Notes: a model not told the origin generated them from the sequence alone. A stretch of 29,681 nt of DNA from Myxococcota bacterium (GCA_036336835.1 JAYZFK010000044.1:1-29681); one strand, 5' to 3'. Positions 17,531-26,947 are shown, counted from the stretch's first letter. Numbers and translations are program-made.

Positions 17531-18547
17531 ATGCAACACACGGGATTGGCACACGCACGGCGGGCGCGGCGCGTCGCGGACCGGGCCGGGGCCGCCGACC
17601 TGCCGGGCGTCGTTGCGCGCGCACCCGCCTTCCGCGCCACCCTCGAGCTGGCGCGCAGCGCGGCCAGCTCGAGCGCGACGGTGCTGCTGGGCGGCGAGAC
17701 GGGATCGGGCAAGGAGATCGTCGCCCGTGCGATCCACACGCTGGGTCCGCGGCGGACGCAACCCTTCGTCGCCGTCAACTGCGCCGCCTTCTCCGACACG
17801 CTGCTCGAGAGCGAGCTGTTCGGTCACGTCCGGGGCGCGTTCACCGGGGCCGAGCGCGACAAGACCGGGCTGTTCGAGGCGGCGCGCGGCGGCACCCTGT
17901 TTCTCGATGAGATCGGCGAGACCTCCGGGCCGCTGCAGGCAAAGCTGCTGCGTGCGCTGCAGGAGCGCGAGGTGCGACCGGTCGGTGCCACGCAGATGCG
18001 GCGCGTCGATGCACGCGTGATCGCGGCGAGCAACCGCGACCTCGACTCAGACGCCGGGCGAGAACACTTCCGCCGGGATCTCTACTACCGGGTCGCCGTG
18101 TTCCCGATCCACATCCCTCCGCTCCGCGAGCGCCCGGCCGACATCGCAGCGCTCGCGGCCCACTTCCTCGAGCACCACGGCGCGCGCGAGGCGCGGCGCG
18201 GCTGCCGGCTCTCGCCCGCGGCCGAGCGACTGCTGCAGGCCTACGACTGGCCGGGCAACGTGCGCGAGCTCGAGAACGAGATGCAACGCGCGCTGGCCCT
18301 GGCCCCGCCCGGCGCGCTGCTCGGCCCCGAGTCCCTCTCCAAGCGCATCGTGCACTGCGAGAGCGCACGGCTGCACCCGGCCCATCGATCCGGCGAGACC
18401 CTGCGCTCGCGAGTCGCCCGCTTCGAACGGGTGGTGATCCGCGACGCACTCGATCGCAACCACGGCCAGCGCACGGCGACCGCACGCGAGCTCGGCCTGA
18501 CCCGCGAGGGATTCCACAAGAAGATGAAGCGGCTGGGGATCGAGTGA
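17531..18547 (+). CDS. sigma54-dependent transcriptional activator (AAA+ plus Fis HTH, no N-terminal sensor)
   Basis: Motifs [28 protein letters not shown] and [10 protein letters not shown], with a C-terminal HTH (TATARELGL). GAGG precedes ATG 17531. Confidence 0.93.
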   Translation: MQHTGLAHARRARRVADRAGAADLPGVVARAPAFRATLELARSAASSSATVLLGGETGSGKEIVARAIHTLGPRRTQPFVAVNCAAFSDTLLESELFGHVRGAFTGAERDKTGLFEAARGGTLFLDEIGETSGPLQAKLLRALQEREVRPVGATQMRRVDARVIAASNRDLDSDAGREHFRRDLYYRVAVFPIHIPPLRERPADIAALAAHFLEHHGAREARRGCRLSPAAERLLQAYDWPGNVRELENEMQRALALAPPGALLGPESLSKRIVHCESARLHPAHRSGETLRSRVARFERVVIRDALDRNHGQRTATARELGLTREGFHKKMKRLGIE

Positions 18548-18607
18548 TCGATCCGGAGGCAGCGCTAGCGCCTGCCGATCCGCGGACCTGCTCGCAGCGG
18601 GCCTGAT

Positions 18608-18637
18608 TTGATCCGGCTCGCACGCCCGGCGTATCAT
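18608..18637 (+). promoter_or_regulatory. Possible sigma70-type promoter
   Basis: TTGATC-N18-TATCAT upstream of ATG 18683. Confidence 0.35.
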
Positions 18638-18682
18638 GCGGGCAGTATCCCTGCCCCTGCCCAGGCCTGGCCAAAGGATCCG

Positions 18683-19483
18683 ATGAGCGAAGACCCCTGC
18701 GTGCTGCGGGAGCTGGACGACGACGGCGTCCTGCTCGTGACGATGAACCGCCCCGAACGCAAGAATGCGTTCAATGGAGCGCAGTGGGACGGCGTTGCCC
18801 GCGCGCTGCGCGAGGCTCGCGAGGATCCCGCTGTGGCCTGCTGCGTGCTGACGGGCGCGGGCGGCAACTTCTCGTCGGGCGTCGACCTGGCCTCGTTCGG
18901 CGGCGGGATGGACTCCGACAAGGGAGGCGACCTGGCCGGTGGCTTCGACGGCTGTGTCGACGCGATCTTCTCGCTCGACAAGCCGCTGCTCGCCGCGGTG
19001 CGCGGGGTGGCGGTGGGCGGCGGCTGCACGATCGCGGTCGCCTGCGACATCGTCTTCGTCGGCGAGAGCGTCCGGATGCGGCTGCCCTTCGCGAACCTCG
19101 GGCTCGCACCCGAGATCGCCAGCAGCTACACGCTGCAGGCGCAGATCGGTCGCCAGCGCGCGGCCGAGCTGATGTTCACGGCCGAGTGGATCGACGCCGC
19201 GCGCGCACTCGAAGTCGGCATGGCGGCGGCGCGCTTCCCCGACGAGGAGGTGCTCGAGGCCACGCTGGCCAAGGCGCGCCAGATCGCGCAGTGGCCGGTG
19301 TCCGGGCTGCGCGCGATCAAGCGAACCCTGATGCAGACGCACCGCGCCGGCATCGAAGCCGCGCTGAAGATCGAGCAGGTCGAGATGGCCGGCCAGGCCG
19401 GCTCGCCCGAGAACATCGAGGCCGTGACGGCCTTCGTGCAAAAGCGCACCCCCGACTTCAAACAGTTCAGGAAGCAATCATGA
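18683..19483 (+). CDS. Enoyl-CoA hydratase/isomerase (Delta3,Delta2-isomerase-like)
   Basis: Motifs NRPERKNA, FSSGVDL, KPLLAAVRGVAVGGG and PFANLGLAPE. Confidence 0.92.
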   Translation: MSEDPCVLRELDDDGVLLVTMNRPERKNAFNGAQWDGVARALREAREDPAVACCVLTGAGGNFSSGVDLASFGGGMDSDKGGDLAGGFDGCVDAIFSLDKPLLAAVRGVAVGGGCTIAVACDIVFVGESVRMRLPFANLGLAPEIASSYTLQAQIGRQRAAELMFTAEWIDAARALEVGMAAARFPDEEVLEATLAKARQIAQWPVSGLRAIKRTLMQTHRAGIEAALKIEQVEMAGQAGSPENIEAVTAFVQKRTPDFKQFRKQS

Positions 19484-20646
19484 GCGACCGCACCCCCGTC
19501 ATCGTCGGCATCGGGCTCTCCGACTACCCGAAGGCACCGCACCTGTCGGCGATCGAGCACCACGCGCTCGCGGCGCAACGCGCGCTCGCCGATTGCGGCC
19601 TCCCCAAGAGCGAGATCGACGGCTACGCCACCGCGGGCTCGATGGGCGGCCAGAGCGCGATCGACCTCGCCGAGTACCTGGGCATCGAGCACCGCTTCAT
19701 CGACGGCACCATGGTGGGCGGCTCGTCGTTCGAGTTCCACGTCGAGCACGCCGCAGCGATGCTTCGGGCCGGCCACTGCGAGGCGGTGCTGATCACCGAC
19801 GGCTCGGACTACTTCTCGCGCATGGGCCGCGCACTCGGCACCGGCGGGCACGGGCGCCGCAGCCGCCACGTCTCGGGCAGCACGCAGTGGGAGGCGCCGT
19901 ACGGCAACTCGCTGGTGGGCTCGTACGCCATGGTGGCCCAGCGCCACATGCACGAGTACGGCACCAAGCCCGAGCAGCTGGCCGAGATCGCGGTCGGAGT
20001 GCGCGAGTACGCGGGCCTCAACCCGGACGCGATGTATCGCGAGCCGATCACCGTCGACGACGTGCTCGGTTCGCGCATGATCGCCGACCCGCTGCACAAG
20101 CTCGAGTGCTGCGTCGTCTCGGACGGCGGCGGCGCGCTGATCATGACCACGGCCGAGCGCGCGCGCGATCTGGCACCCGACCCCGTCTACGTGCTCGGCG
20201 CGGCCAACGGCAAGTCGCACTGGAACATCTCGCAGATGCCCGACTTCACGCGCTCGGCCGCCGCCATCTGCGGGCCGGCGGCCTTCGAGCAGGCGGGGCT
20301 CGCACCGAGCGAGATCGACACGGTGCAGCTCTACGACAGCTTCACGATCACCGTGCTGACGCTGCTCGAAGATCTCGGCTTCTGCCAGAAGGGCGAAGGC
20401 GGCCCGTTCGTCGCCGAGGGCGTGCTGCGCCGCGGGGGCCGCATGCCACTGAACACCGACGGCGGCGGGCTCTCGTCCTGCCACCCGGGCATGCGCGGGA
20501 TCTTCCTGCTGATCGAAGCCACCCGGCAGCTGCGCCACCAGGCGGGCGAGGCCCAGGTGCCGGACGCACGCACGGCGCTGTGCTGCGGCTCGGGCGGCTA
20601 CCTGTCGGCGATCGGCGCGGTGATCCTGGGCCGCGAGCACCCGTAG
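19480..20646 (+). CDS. Thiolase-fold protein, SCP-x/Ltp2-like
   Basis: Motifs CCVVSDGGGA, QLYDSFT and NTDGGGLSSCHPG. There is no Cys at the usual N-terminal catalytic position (MVGGSS). ATGA overlap. Confidence 0.9.
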   Translation: MSDRTPVIVGIGLSDYPKAPHLSAIEHHALAAQRALADCGLPKSEIDGYATAGSMGGQSAIDLAEYLGIEHRFIDGTMVGGSSFEFHVEHAAAMLRAGHCEAVLITDGSDYFSRMGRALGTGGHGRRSRHVSGSTQWEAPYGNSLVGSYAMVAQRHMHEYGTKPEQLAEIAVGVREYAGLNPDAMYREPITVDDVLGSRMIADPLHKLECCVVSDGGGALIMTTAERARDLAPDPVYVLGAANGKSHWNISQMPDFTRSAAAICGPAAFEQAGLAPSEIDTVQLYDSFTITVLTLLEDLGFCQKGEGGPFVAEGVLRRGGRMPLNTDGGGLSSCHPGMRGIFLLIEATRQLRHQAGEAQVPDARTALCCGSGGYLSAIGAVILGREHP

Positions 20647-20703
20647 AGCGCACGCTCGCTGCAAGCCAGCAAAGACGCGAACAAGAGGAATGGAAGACCC
20701 ACC

Positions 20704-21132
20704 ATGGAAGTTCGAACCGACGTCGAGTACACCAAGCCGATCCCTTCACCCGACGCGAGCAGCGCGCCCTTCTGGCAGGGCGCCGCGCAGGGCGAGCTGC
20801 GCGTGCAGCGTTGCCCTGCGTGCGACCACCGCCAGCACTACCCGCGCAAGCTGTGCACACGCTGCGGCGGCGACCCGATCTGGGAGCCGGCGAGCGGCCG
20901 CGGCGAGGTCCACACCTTCACCATCGTGCGCCAGTACGGCATGCCGCCGTTCAAGGACGAGCTGCCCTACGTGGTAGCCATGATCGAGCTCGAGGAAGGC
21001 GTGCGGATGATGGGCAACGTCACCGACGTCGACCCCGAGGCGGTGCACATCGGCATGCCGGTCGAGGCCTACGCGGTGCTGGCCGAGGAAGGCGTCGGCA
21101 TCCCGTACTGGCGCCCCGCCGGGCCGAGCTAG
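20704..21132 (+). CDS. DUF35 Zn-ribbon/OB-fold protein (ChsH2-like)
   Basis: PFW...QRCPAC...YPRKLCTRC...SGRGEVHTFT...ELEEGVRM; adjacent to the thiolase. Confidence 0.92.
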   Translation: MEVRTDVEYTKPIPSPDASSAPFWQGAAQGELRVQRCPACDHRQHYPRKLCTRCGGDPIWEPASGRGEVHTFTIVRQYGMPPFKDELPYVVAMIELEEGVRMMGNVTDVDPEAVHIGMPVEAYAVLAEEGVGIPYWRPAGPS

Positions 21133-21145
21133 GCGGAGCGGACGG

Positions 21146-21508
21146 ATGTGGATCGCAATCGCCGGTGGGCTCGGCGCCCTCGGAGTGGCGCTCGGAGCCT
21201 TCGGGGCCCACACGCTGAAGACGCGGCTCGAGCCGGCCCAGCTCGCCGTCTGGCAGACCGCCGTCGACTACCACCTGCTGCACGTCGTCGGCCTGCTGGC
21301 GCTCGCCCTCTACGCGAGCGCGACGGGTCGCGCCATCACGGCGCCGGCGGCTGGCTTCAGCGCCGGGATTCTGCTCTTCTCCGGCTCGCTGTACTGGCTT
21401 GCGCTGGGCGGACCGCGCTGGCTCGGCCCGATCACCCCGCTCGGCGGCCTGTGCTTCATCGCCGGCTGGATCGCGCTCTTCTGGCTCGCGCGCAGCACTG
21501 CGAGCTAG
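21146..21508 (+). CDS. DUF423 (YgdD/TMEM256) membrane protein
   Basis: Motifs GAFGAH, TAVDYHLLH, LFSGSLY and GPITPLGG. Confidence 0.92.
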   Translation: MWIAIAGGLGALGVALGAFGAHTLKTRLEPAQLAVWQTAVDYHLLHVVGLLALALYASATGRAITAPAAGFSAGILLFSGSLYWLALGGPRWLGPITPLGGLCFIAGWIALFWLARSTAS

Positions 21509-21570
21509 CGGGTCGGGCCGGCGCGCCGCGCGGTCGATCTCGCGCGCCATCAGCCGGCGCCCCGCAGTGC

Positions 21571-21643
21571 GCCCATCCGCCGATCCGCCCATCCGTCGAT
21601 CCGCCGATCAGAGCGGCAGAGCCCATCCGCCGATCAGAGCGGC
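21571..21643. repeat. Octamer tandem repeat plus 19-bp duplication
   Basis: Five units GCCCATCC GCCGATCC GCCCATCC GTCGATCC GCCGATCA at 21571-21610. ATCCGCCGATCAGAGCGGC occurs at 21599-21617 and 21625-21643. Confidence 0.8.
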
Positions 21644-22452
21644 GGAGCTCCGGGGCGCGAAGCATTGATCGGCGGCGAGCTCACCGGCGGCGGACCGGAC
21701 GACGGGCAGCCGAAATCGCACGGATCGCGCAGGTCGTCGAGCAGCGGATCGATGCCGGAAGTGAACGTCGGTCTCGGCGCGATGCCGAGCGCCACCGGCG
21801 GCAGCGGTTCGCCCATGCGCGCCGTCGGGTCTCCGGCCACGTCGTAGCTGTCGGGATCCGCCAGCAAATCGAGCGGGGGGTGCGCAGCATCGGCGAGGTA
21901 GAGCGGCTCGCCGCGCTTGGCGACGACGCAGCGGCCCTGGCCCGGCGTCAGCACCTGATCGAGGCGCGCCGCCTGGACCGGGCTCTCGTTCGGGCAGATC
22001 ATCGACACGAGCCCCGCCTTCTCGACGAACGCGAACACGTCGGTGTCCGAGCCGGCGTTGGCGGCCAGCAGCGTCGCCGTGCCGAGCCGAGCCGCCACCC
22101 CGTCGCCCGAAGCGAGGACACGCGCGCGGCCCGAGAGGACGTGAACGTCCGGTGCGCCGCTCGCGGTCAGCCCCAGGGTGGCCGTGGTCGACTCGTCGAG
22201 TCCGACGTAGTGCGTGCCGGCGAGCAGACCAACGCCCGCGCCCTTGGCAGTCACGATCTTGTCGCCGGCCAGGACCGCGCCGTCGAAGCGAAGCAGGCGG
22301 GGCTCCTCGCCCGGTGTCTGCGCCAGCACCGAGCCGCGCACGCCCACGACGCGCGCGCTCTCTTCGGCCGCCTGCGCGGGGTGCGCCAGCGACAGGACCA
22401 CGCTCGTCACGAGCAGCAGGGCCAGCCTCGGTTCGAAGGAAGTGGGCAGCAT
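21634..22452 (-). CDS. Exported FecR-domain protein
   Basis: Signal peptide ending AHPAQA, followed by ARVVGVRGSV...VLAGDKIVT...LDESTT, the typical FecR-like N-domain, and a Pro-rich tail. ATG 22452. Confidence 0.7.
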   Translation of the reverse strand: MLPTSFEPRLALLLVTSVVLSLAHPAQAAEESARVVGVRGSVLAQTPGEEPRLLRFDGAVLAGDKIVTAKGAGVGLLAGTHYVGLDESTTATLGLTASGAPDVHVLSGRARVLASGDGVAARLGTATLLAANAGSDTDVFAFVEKAGLVSMICPNESPVQAARLDQVLTPGQGRCVVAKRGEPLYLADAAHPPLDLLADPDSYDVAGDPTARMGEPLPPVALGIAPRPTFTSGIDPLLDDLRDPCDFGCPSSGPPPVSSPPINASRPGAPPL

Positions 22453-22469
22453 GTTGAGCTCCGATCGTT

Positions 22470-24815
22470 TCACGGCAAGGACAGCGTCACGTACGCACCC
22501 ACGATGTGTCGGTCGTAATCGAAGAAGCCGCTGTTCGAGTTCGAGTGGATGAAGTGGTAGGCCGTCGACACCGACCAACGCTCGCTGAGATCCTTCTCGA
22601 GCGAAGCGTCGATGCTGTAGATGTGGTCGCGTCGGTCCGACGTCGACGGCGGCGACCCGTCCGGCTCGGGAAAGGTCGAAGGATTGCGGTGCGGCCGGTA
22701 GGCGTAGCCGCCCTCGACATCGAAAACGATCTCCGCAGGTAGCAACACCGACAGCCCCAGGAAGAAGCCGTGGGAGTCGTAGTCCCACTCACTGCCAACG
22801 GCCCAGTAGCGCTCGTAGGTATAGCCGCCGCGGCCAACTGTCGAGCCGTCGCCGAGAGGCACGCGGTGATCGATGCCGACGAGGATGCCGTCGCCGCTGC
22901 GATCGCGGTCCCGCGGCGTCACGCCCACCGGGTCGGGCGGAATGACGACGACGGGCTCGAACTCGTAGTCGTTGAACTCGCCCGCAACGAACAACTCCGT
23001 CGATCCGGCGCGCTGCCAGACGTGGAGCCACGCGGCACGAGCGTCCTGGGCAAACAGGAAGGGAGCGTAGTCGACCCACGCGTAGCCGACGTCGTAGCGC
23101 AGGCGCAGCAGATCGCGCTCCCCGAAACGGCGATCGAGCCACGCTCCGATCACGGGATAGTGCGTGTCGAACTTGTGGAGATCGACGTTCGCCGAGCCCG
23201 AGTACGAGCCGACCAGCCCAGCCGACCAGTCCTCCTGCTCGAACAGCCGCGCGCCGCCCTCGGCGACCCACACCGCCCGGAAGTCGTCCTGGTCCGGAAA
23301 GTCGCCGGCCGGCGCCAGGCGCACGTTGCTGTCGTACTCGGCGCCCAGCGTGAGCCGCGCCCAGTACGGATCGAGCCCGACCTCCGTCCCGAGCGCCTGC
23401 GAAGCCTGACGCGCCCACGGACCTTCGGGGTCCACCGCCTGGAGGCGCGACAACGCCGAGCGTGCGCGGTCGCGCTCGCGCTCGGCGTACCAGGCCAGCG
23501 CTGCGTAGTACGACGCCACCGGCTCCACGGCCTCGGGGTCCGCACTGCGCGCGCGCTCGAGTGCCAGCGCGGCCTCGCGCGGCTGGTTGCGCCGCAGCAG
23601 GACCAGTCCCGTGTACAGATCGAGCTCGGCGGTGCGCGCGGTGTTGCCGCGCGCGCGCTCGAGCGCGTCGTACGCAGCGTCGAGATCTTCCAGGTGATAC
23701 GACGCGATCGCAGTCAGCAGATCGAGGTCGGTCAGTGTCGCGTCCGCGGCACGCGCCCTGCCGAGCCACGCGAGCGCCTCGTCGTAGCGGCCGAGCTCGA
23801 TCAGGCAGTTGCCCCCGAGCCGCAGCAGCGCGGCCGAGCTGCGCGCGGGCTCCGGCGCGGCCCGCGCGAGCTCGAGCATCTCGACGCACTGGCCGGCGGC
23901 CGCCAGACGCGCGGCGCGCAGCTCGATCAGCCGCGTGCGGTCGTGTCGGGTCTCTTCACTCGACGCCGCGCCGAGCACCAGCACGCCTGCGACCACGCAA
24001 GCCGACTGGGTCCATCTCCATCTCCATCTGCGTGTACCGGGCATGGCGCAGCGGGCCCGGCGACGCCCGACCTGCGCGAGGCCGAGCAGCCCGACGGTCA
24101 GCATCAGCGAAGCCGAGGGCTCCGGCACGGGCAGGAAGAAGCCGTTCACCTGCAGGATCGGCGTGCCGAAGTCGGCCGTCCCGAGCCCGAGGATGTCGCG
24201 CGTGACCTCGTACTCGAAGCTGAGGTCGACCGGCTGGCTGAAGTCCTCGATCAAGAACGCCAGATAGAAGAAGTCCCCGGACTGCGCCCGGTAGCGCGCG
24301 ACCGAGAGGTCCTCGGTCTTCAGGATTCCCACCTCGGAGGGGAGATACTGCACGGGAGCGGCGACGCTCGGATTCGCGGGATCGACGAACTCCTCCAGGC
24401 CCGAGACGAAGAGCAGCGCGCGGCCTGCCCGGCCGGTGGTGTTCGTCGCCGTCCAATCGACTCGCGAGATCCAGGGGTCGGTGGCGTTGAGCGGTTGTCC
24501 CGGCGCACCCGTCTGGGTCGCGTCGCGCAACGTCTGGATCTCGGCGAGCTCGAACGCAAACATCTCGCCGAGCAGAGGAACGCCGGCCGTGAGCCACTGA
24601 TCGTCGATCTCGAAGTCCGGCGCGAGCATCAGGGTGCTGTTGTCGAAACCCGTGCCGCCGCCGTGAAATCCCGGATCGCCCGGCGCGAGGCCGACGCTTG
24701 CCAGCGCGTCGGGATGAAACTCGACGCGCATCGCCTCGGACGCCGAGGACGCGAGCACCAACCCCGCGCCGATGAGCGCGATACACGCCCCTCGAGCGCG
24801 ATGCCGGATGCGCAT
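22470..24815 (-). CDS. PEP-CTERM protein fused in frame to a TPR plus outer-membrane beta-barrel protein
   Basis: Signal peptide (MRIRHR...SASEA), then an internal VPEPSASLMLTVGLLGLAQVGRRR at 24128-24057, then a second Met (24044) with a signal-like stretch. TPR-like helices follow, then a barrel beginning LGAEYDSNV and ending YDRHIVGAYVTLSLP. Confidence 0.8.
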   Translation of the reverse strand: MRIRHRARGACIALIGAGLVLASSASEAMRVEFHPDALASVGLAPGDPGFHGGGTGFDNSTLMLAPDFEIDDQWLTAGVPLLGEMFAFELAEIQTLRDATQTGAPGQPLNATDPWISRVDWTATNTTGRAGRALLFVSGLEEFVDPANPSVAAPVQYLPSEVGILKTEDLSVARYRAQSGDFFYLAFLIEDFSQPVDLSFEYEVTRDILGLGTADFGTPILQVNGFFLPVPEPSASLMLTVGLLGLAQVGRRRARCAMPGTRRWRWRWTQSACVVAGVLVLGAASSEETRHDRTRLIELRAARLAAAGQCVEMLELARAAPEPARSSAALLRLGGNCLIELGRYDEALAWLGRARAADATLTDLDLLTAIASYHLEDLDAAYDALERARGNTARTAELDLYTGLVLLRRNQPREAALALERARSADPEAVEPVASYYAALAWYAERERDRARSALSRLQAVDPEGPWARQASQALGTEVGLDPYWARLTLGAEYDSNVRLAPAGDFPDQDDFRAVWVAEGGARLFEQEDWSAGLVGSYSGSANVDLHKFDTHYPVIGAWLDRRFGERDLLRLRYDVGYAWVDYAPFLFAQDARAAWLHVWQRAGSTELFVAGEFNDYEFEPVVVIPPDPVGVTPRDRDRSGDGILVGIDHRVPLGDGSTVGRGGYTYERYWAVGSEWDYDSHGFFLGLSVLLPAEIVFDVEGGYAYRPHRNPSTFPEPDGSPPSTSDRRDHIYSIDASLEKDLSERWSVSTAYHFIHSNSNSGFFDYDRHIVGAYVTLSLP

Positions 24816-25029
24816 TGCCGCAGATCCCCGGTGTGCGCGCGCGGTCGAGACGCGCGCAGCCACTCACGCCCTAGTGAGCGTGGTGAGCGTTACAGCTCTT
24901 TGTGGTTTGCGAGGTGCGGATATGTTGGAGTGAATTCGCTCCTTGCGACCGGTGTCGGCTACGACGTCGCGAGGTGTCCGGACGTGCACCGCCAGCCCGA
25001 CCTGGGCTCGGCGCAGTGCGCGGCCCGCC

Positions 25030-25680
25030 TCAGTACACGTGCAGCCGCGCCGTGCGCCCGAGATCGCGCACGATCTCTCCGGAGGCCTCGACCCGGGGCG
25101 GCGCGAGGCCGTCGCGCAGCTCGAGCCAGACGATCAGACGCAGCAGGTCGGCGTCGGCAGCGCGCACACAACCGCTCGACACCGGCTTGCCGAGCACGTC
25201 GGGGTCGCCGCCGCCGTGCAGCGCGATTCCGCCGTTCTCGGCGAACGGCAGCTTCGCCACTCCCATCGGCGAGCGCAGCGATGCCCCAATGGCACGCGCG
25301 CCCGCATCGAGCGCGAACGCACCGGGCCTCCACGACGGGCGGAAGATCACGCGACCCAGCCGAAAGCGCCCCGGCGGCGTCGGGTGCGCCGGCGAGCCGA
25401 CGGCGACCCGCAACACCGGCCCCTCCTCGCCGCTGCGCACGTCGCGCGCGCGCAGCAGGTTGCGCGCGCGATCGAGCACCAGCTCGAAGCCGGGATCGTC
25501 GTTCGAGACCACGGGACCTGCCCAGCACAGCACGAGACACGCCGTGATCACGCGTGCCGCCCGCGCGCGGCGCGAAGCCGCGCGTCTTCGGGGAGTCTGG
25601 CCGGGCTCGGAACCTCGCGCGCCGGGGCGCAGCGCGGCGAGAGAATCCGGGGGCTCGGCCCGGCGCGATTCGCGACCCAT
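25030..25680 (-). CDS. L,D-transpeptidase (YkuD family)
   Basis: Motifs VAVGSPAHPTPPGRF and IALHG...VSSGCVR (His/Cys). The start is uncertain. Confidence 0.88.
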   Translation of the reverse strand: MGRESRRAEPPDSLAALRPGARGSEPGQTPRRRAASRRARAARVITACLVLCWAGPVVSNDDPGFELVLDRARNLLRARDVRSGEEGPVLRVAVGSPAHPTPPGRFRLGRVIFRPSWRPGAFALDAGARAIGASLRSPMGVAKLPFAENGGIALHGGGDPDVLGKPVSSGCVRAADADLLRLIVWLELRDGLAPPRVEASGEIVRDLGRTARLHVY

Positions 25681-25732
25681 CGCGCTGTTGTACCGCGCTT
25701 CGCGCCGCAGCGCGCCTACACTGGGGGGCGCG

Positions 25733-26947
25733 ATGCCCGCCCCCGGCTTTCCCACACGACCCACCGTTGCGCCGGCCGTGAGCCAGGTCGCTGGCTCGCT
25801 CGCCGCCGCCGGCCACCGCGCCTGGCTCGCTGGCGAGGAGCTGGCGCGTGCCTGGTGGGCGCCGCCCGGCCCCGGACCGCGTACGCACCGCATCGTCACC
25901 AGCGCTCCGCTGGCCGTCGTGCTCGAGCGGCTGCCGCGCGCGGTGGTGATCCACGCCCGCGGACTGATGCTGCCGAGCGCGGCGGGAGCGATCGACCTGG
26001 TGGTCGAGCAGAGACTGCCGGAAGCCCTGGCAGACTTCGGCTTCAGCCTGCACACGATTGCCTGGGACCCCGTCGATGGAACGCTGATCGATCCCTGCGA
26101 CGGTCTCGCCGATGCCCGCTGCGGGCGCCTGCGGCTGGTCGGCGACCCGGCCGAGCAGCTCGCGCGATCTCCCGTGCTCGCGTTGCGCGCACTGCGGCTG
26201 GTTGCCGAGCTCGGGCTCGAGCCCGATCCGAGCCTCGGACCGGCGCTCGGCACGGCTGCGCTCGAAACCACCGCCCAGCTGCGCGCCGCCGCGCGCAGCG
26301 AGCTGCTGAGGATGCTGTGCGGCTCGCACGCCGGCCGCGCGCTCGAGCTGGCGGCCTCGAGCGGGCTGGCCAAGCAGCTCGCACCAGCCGCCGACCCGAG
26401 CGTGGCGCACTGGATCGACGCGCTCGCGCCACGCGTCGAGCTGCGGCTCGCAGTCTGGCTGGGCACCGGTGCGGCCCCCTGGCTACGCGATTGGCGCCTC
26501 GGCCTCGGCCGCTCGCAACGCGTGCTCGAGCTGGCACAGCACCACCCGATCGACGAGGCGGCAAGCCCGCGGCACGACGCCGCCGTCGGTCGACTGCTTC
26601 GACGGCTCGGGCCCGAGGACCGGGCCGACCTGCAGGCGGCCCGCGCCGCTCAGCTCGCAAGCGGTGTGCTCGCCCCCGAGGTGGTGCGGCGAGCGAGCGC
26701 GAGGCTGGCTGCGCTCGGCGAGGCATTCGCGCGCGTGGAGCACAACCGCGAGGCCGCGCTGGCCCGCGCCGGGCTGGCCCTGTCGGGAGCGCAGGTGATG
26801 GAGCAGCTCGCCTGCGGCCCCGGCCCGTTGGTGGGCCGCGCGCTGCGCCACCTGGCCGAGATCTGCGCCGCCGACGCGACCCGCAACACCGAGGCCGCCC
26901 TCCGCGCAGCCCTCGACGAGTGGGTCGCCAGCGCTCCGAGCGACTAG
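25733..26947 (+). CDS. CCA-adding enzyme/poly(A) polymerase homologue with degenerate catalytic motifs
   Basis: The family scaffold is recognisable (AAAGHRAWLAG, LIDPCDGLAD...LRLVGDP, LRALRL, ELLRML, LALSGAQVM...PGPLVGRAL), but DxD, RRD and EDxxR are replaced. Confidence 0.8.
   Translation: MPAPGFPTRPTVAPAVSQVAGSLAAAGHRAWLAGEELARAWWAPPGPGPRTHRIVTSAPLAVVLERLPRAVVIHARGLMLPSAAGAIDLVVEQRLPEALADFGFSLHTIAWDPVDGTLIDPCDGLADARCGRLRLVGDPAEQLARSPVLALRALRLVAELGLEPDPSLGPALGTAALETTAQLRAAARSELLRMLCGSHAGRALELAASSGLAKQLAPAADPSVAHWIDALAPRVELRLAVWLGTGAAPWLRDWRLGLGRSQRVLELAQHHPIDEAASPRHDAAVGRLLRRLGPEDRADLQAARAAQLASGVLAPEVVRRASARLAALGEAFARVEHNREAALARAGLALSGAQVMEQLACGPGPLVGRALRHLAEICAADATRNTEAALRAALDEWVASAPSD

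Noticed and set aside
18784..19479. Apparent 620-aa thiolase with a long N-terminal extension
   Set aside because: The extension is an off-frame read of the isomerase gene. The real start is ATG 19480.
24944..24959. Possible sigma54 promoter for the PEP-CTERM gene (minus strand GCCGACACCGGTCGCA)
   Set aside because: It lacks the invariant GG at -24.
22770..25547. Long antisense or alternative-frame ORFs (e.g. 925 aa here, 725 aa at 26944-29121, 512 aa at 19126-20664)
   Set aside because: These are shadow ORFs typical of high-GC DNA, lying opposite well-supported genes and showing no motifs.
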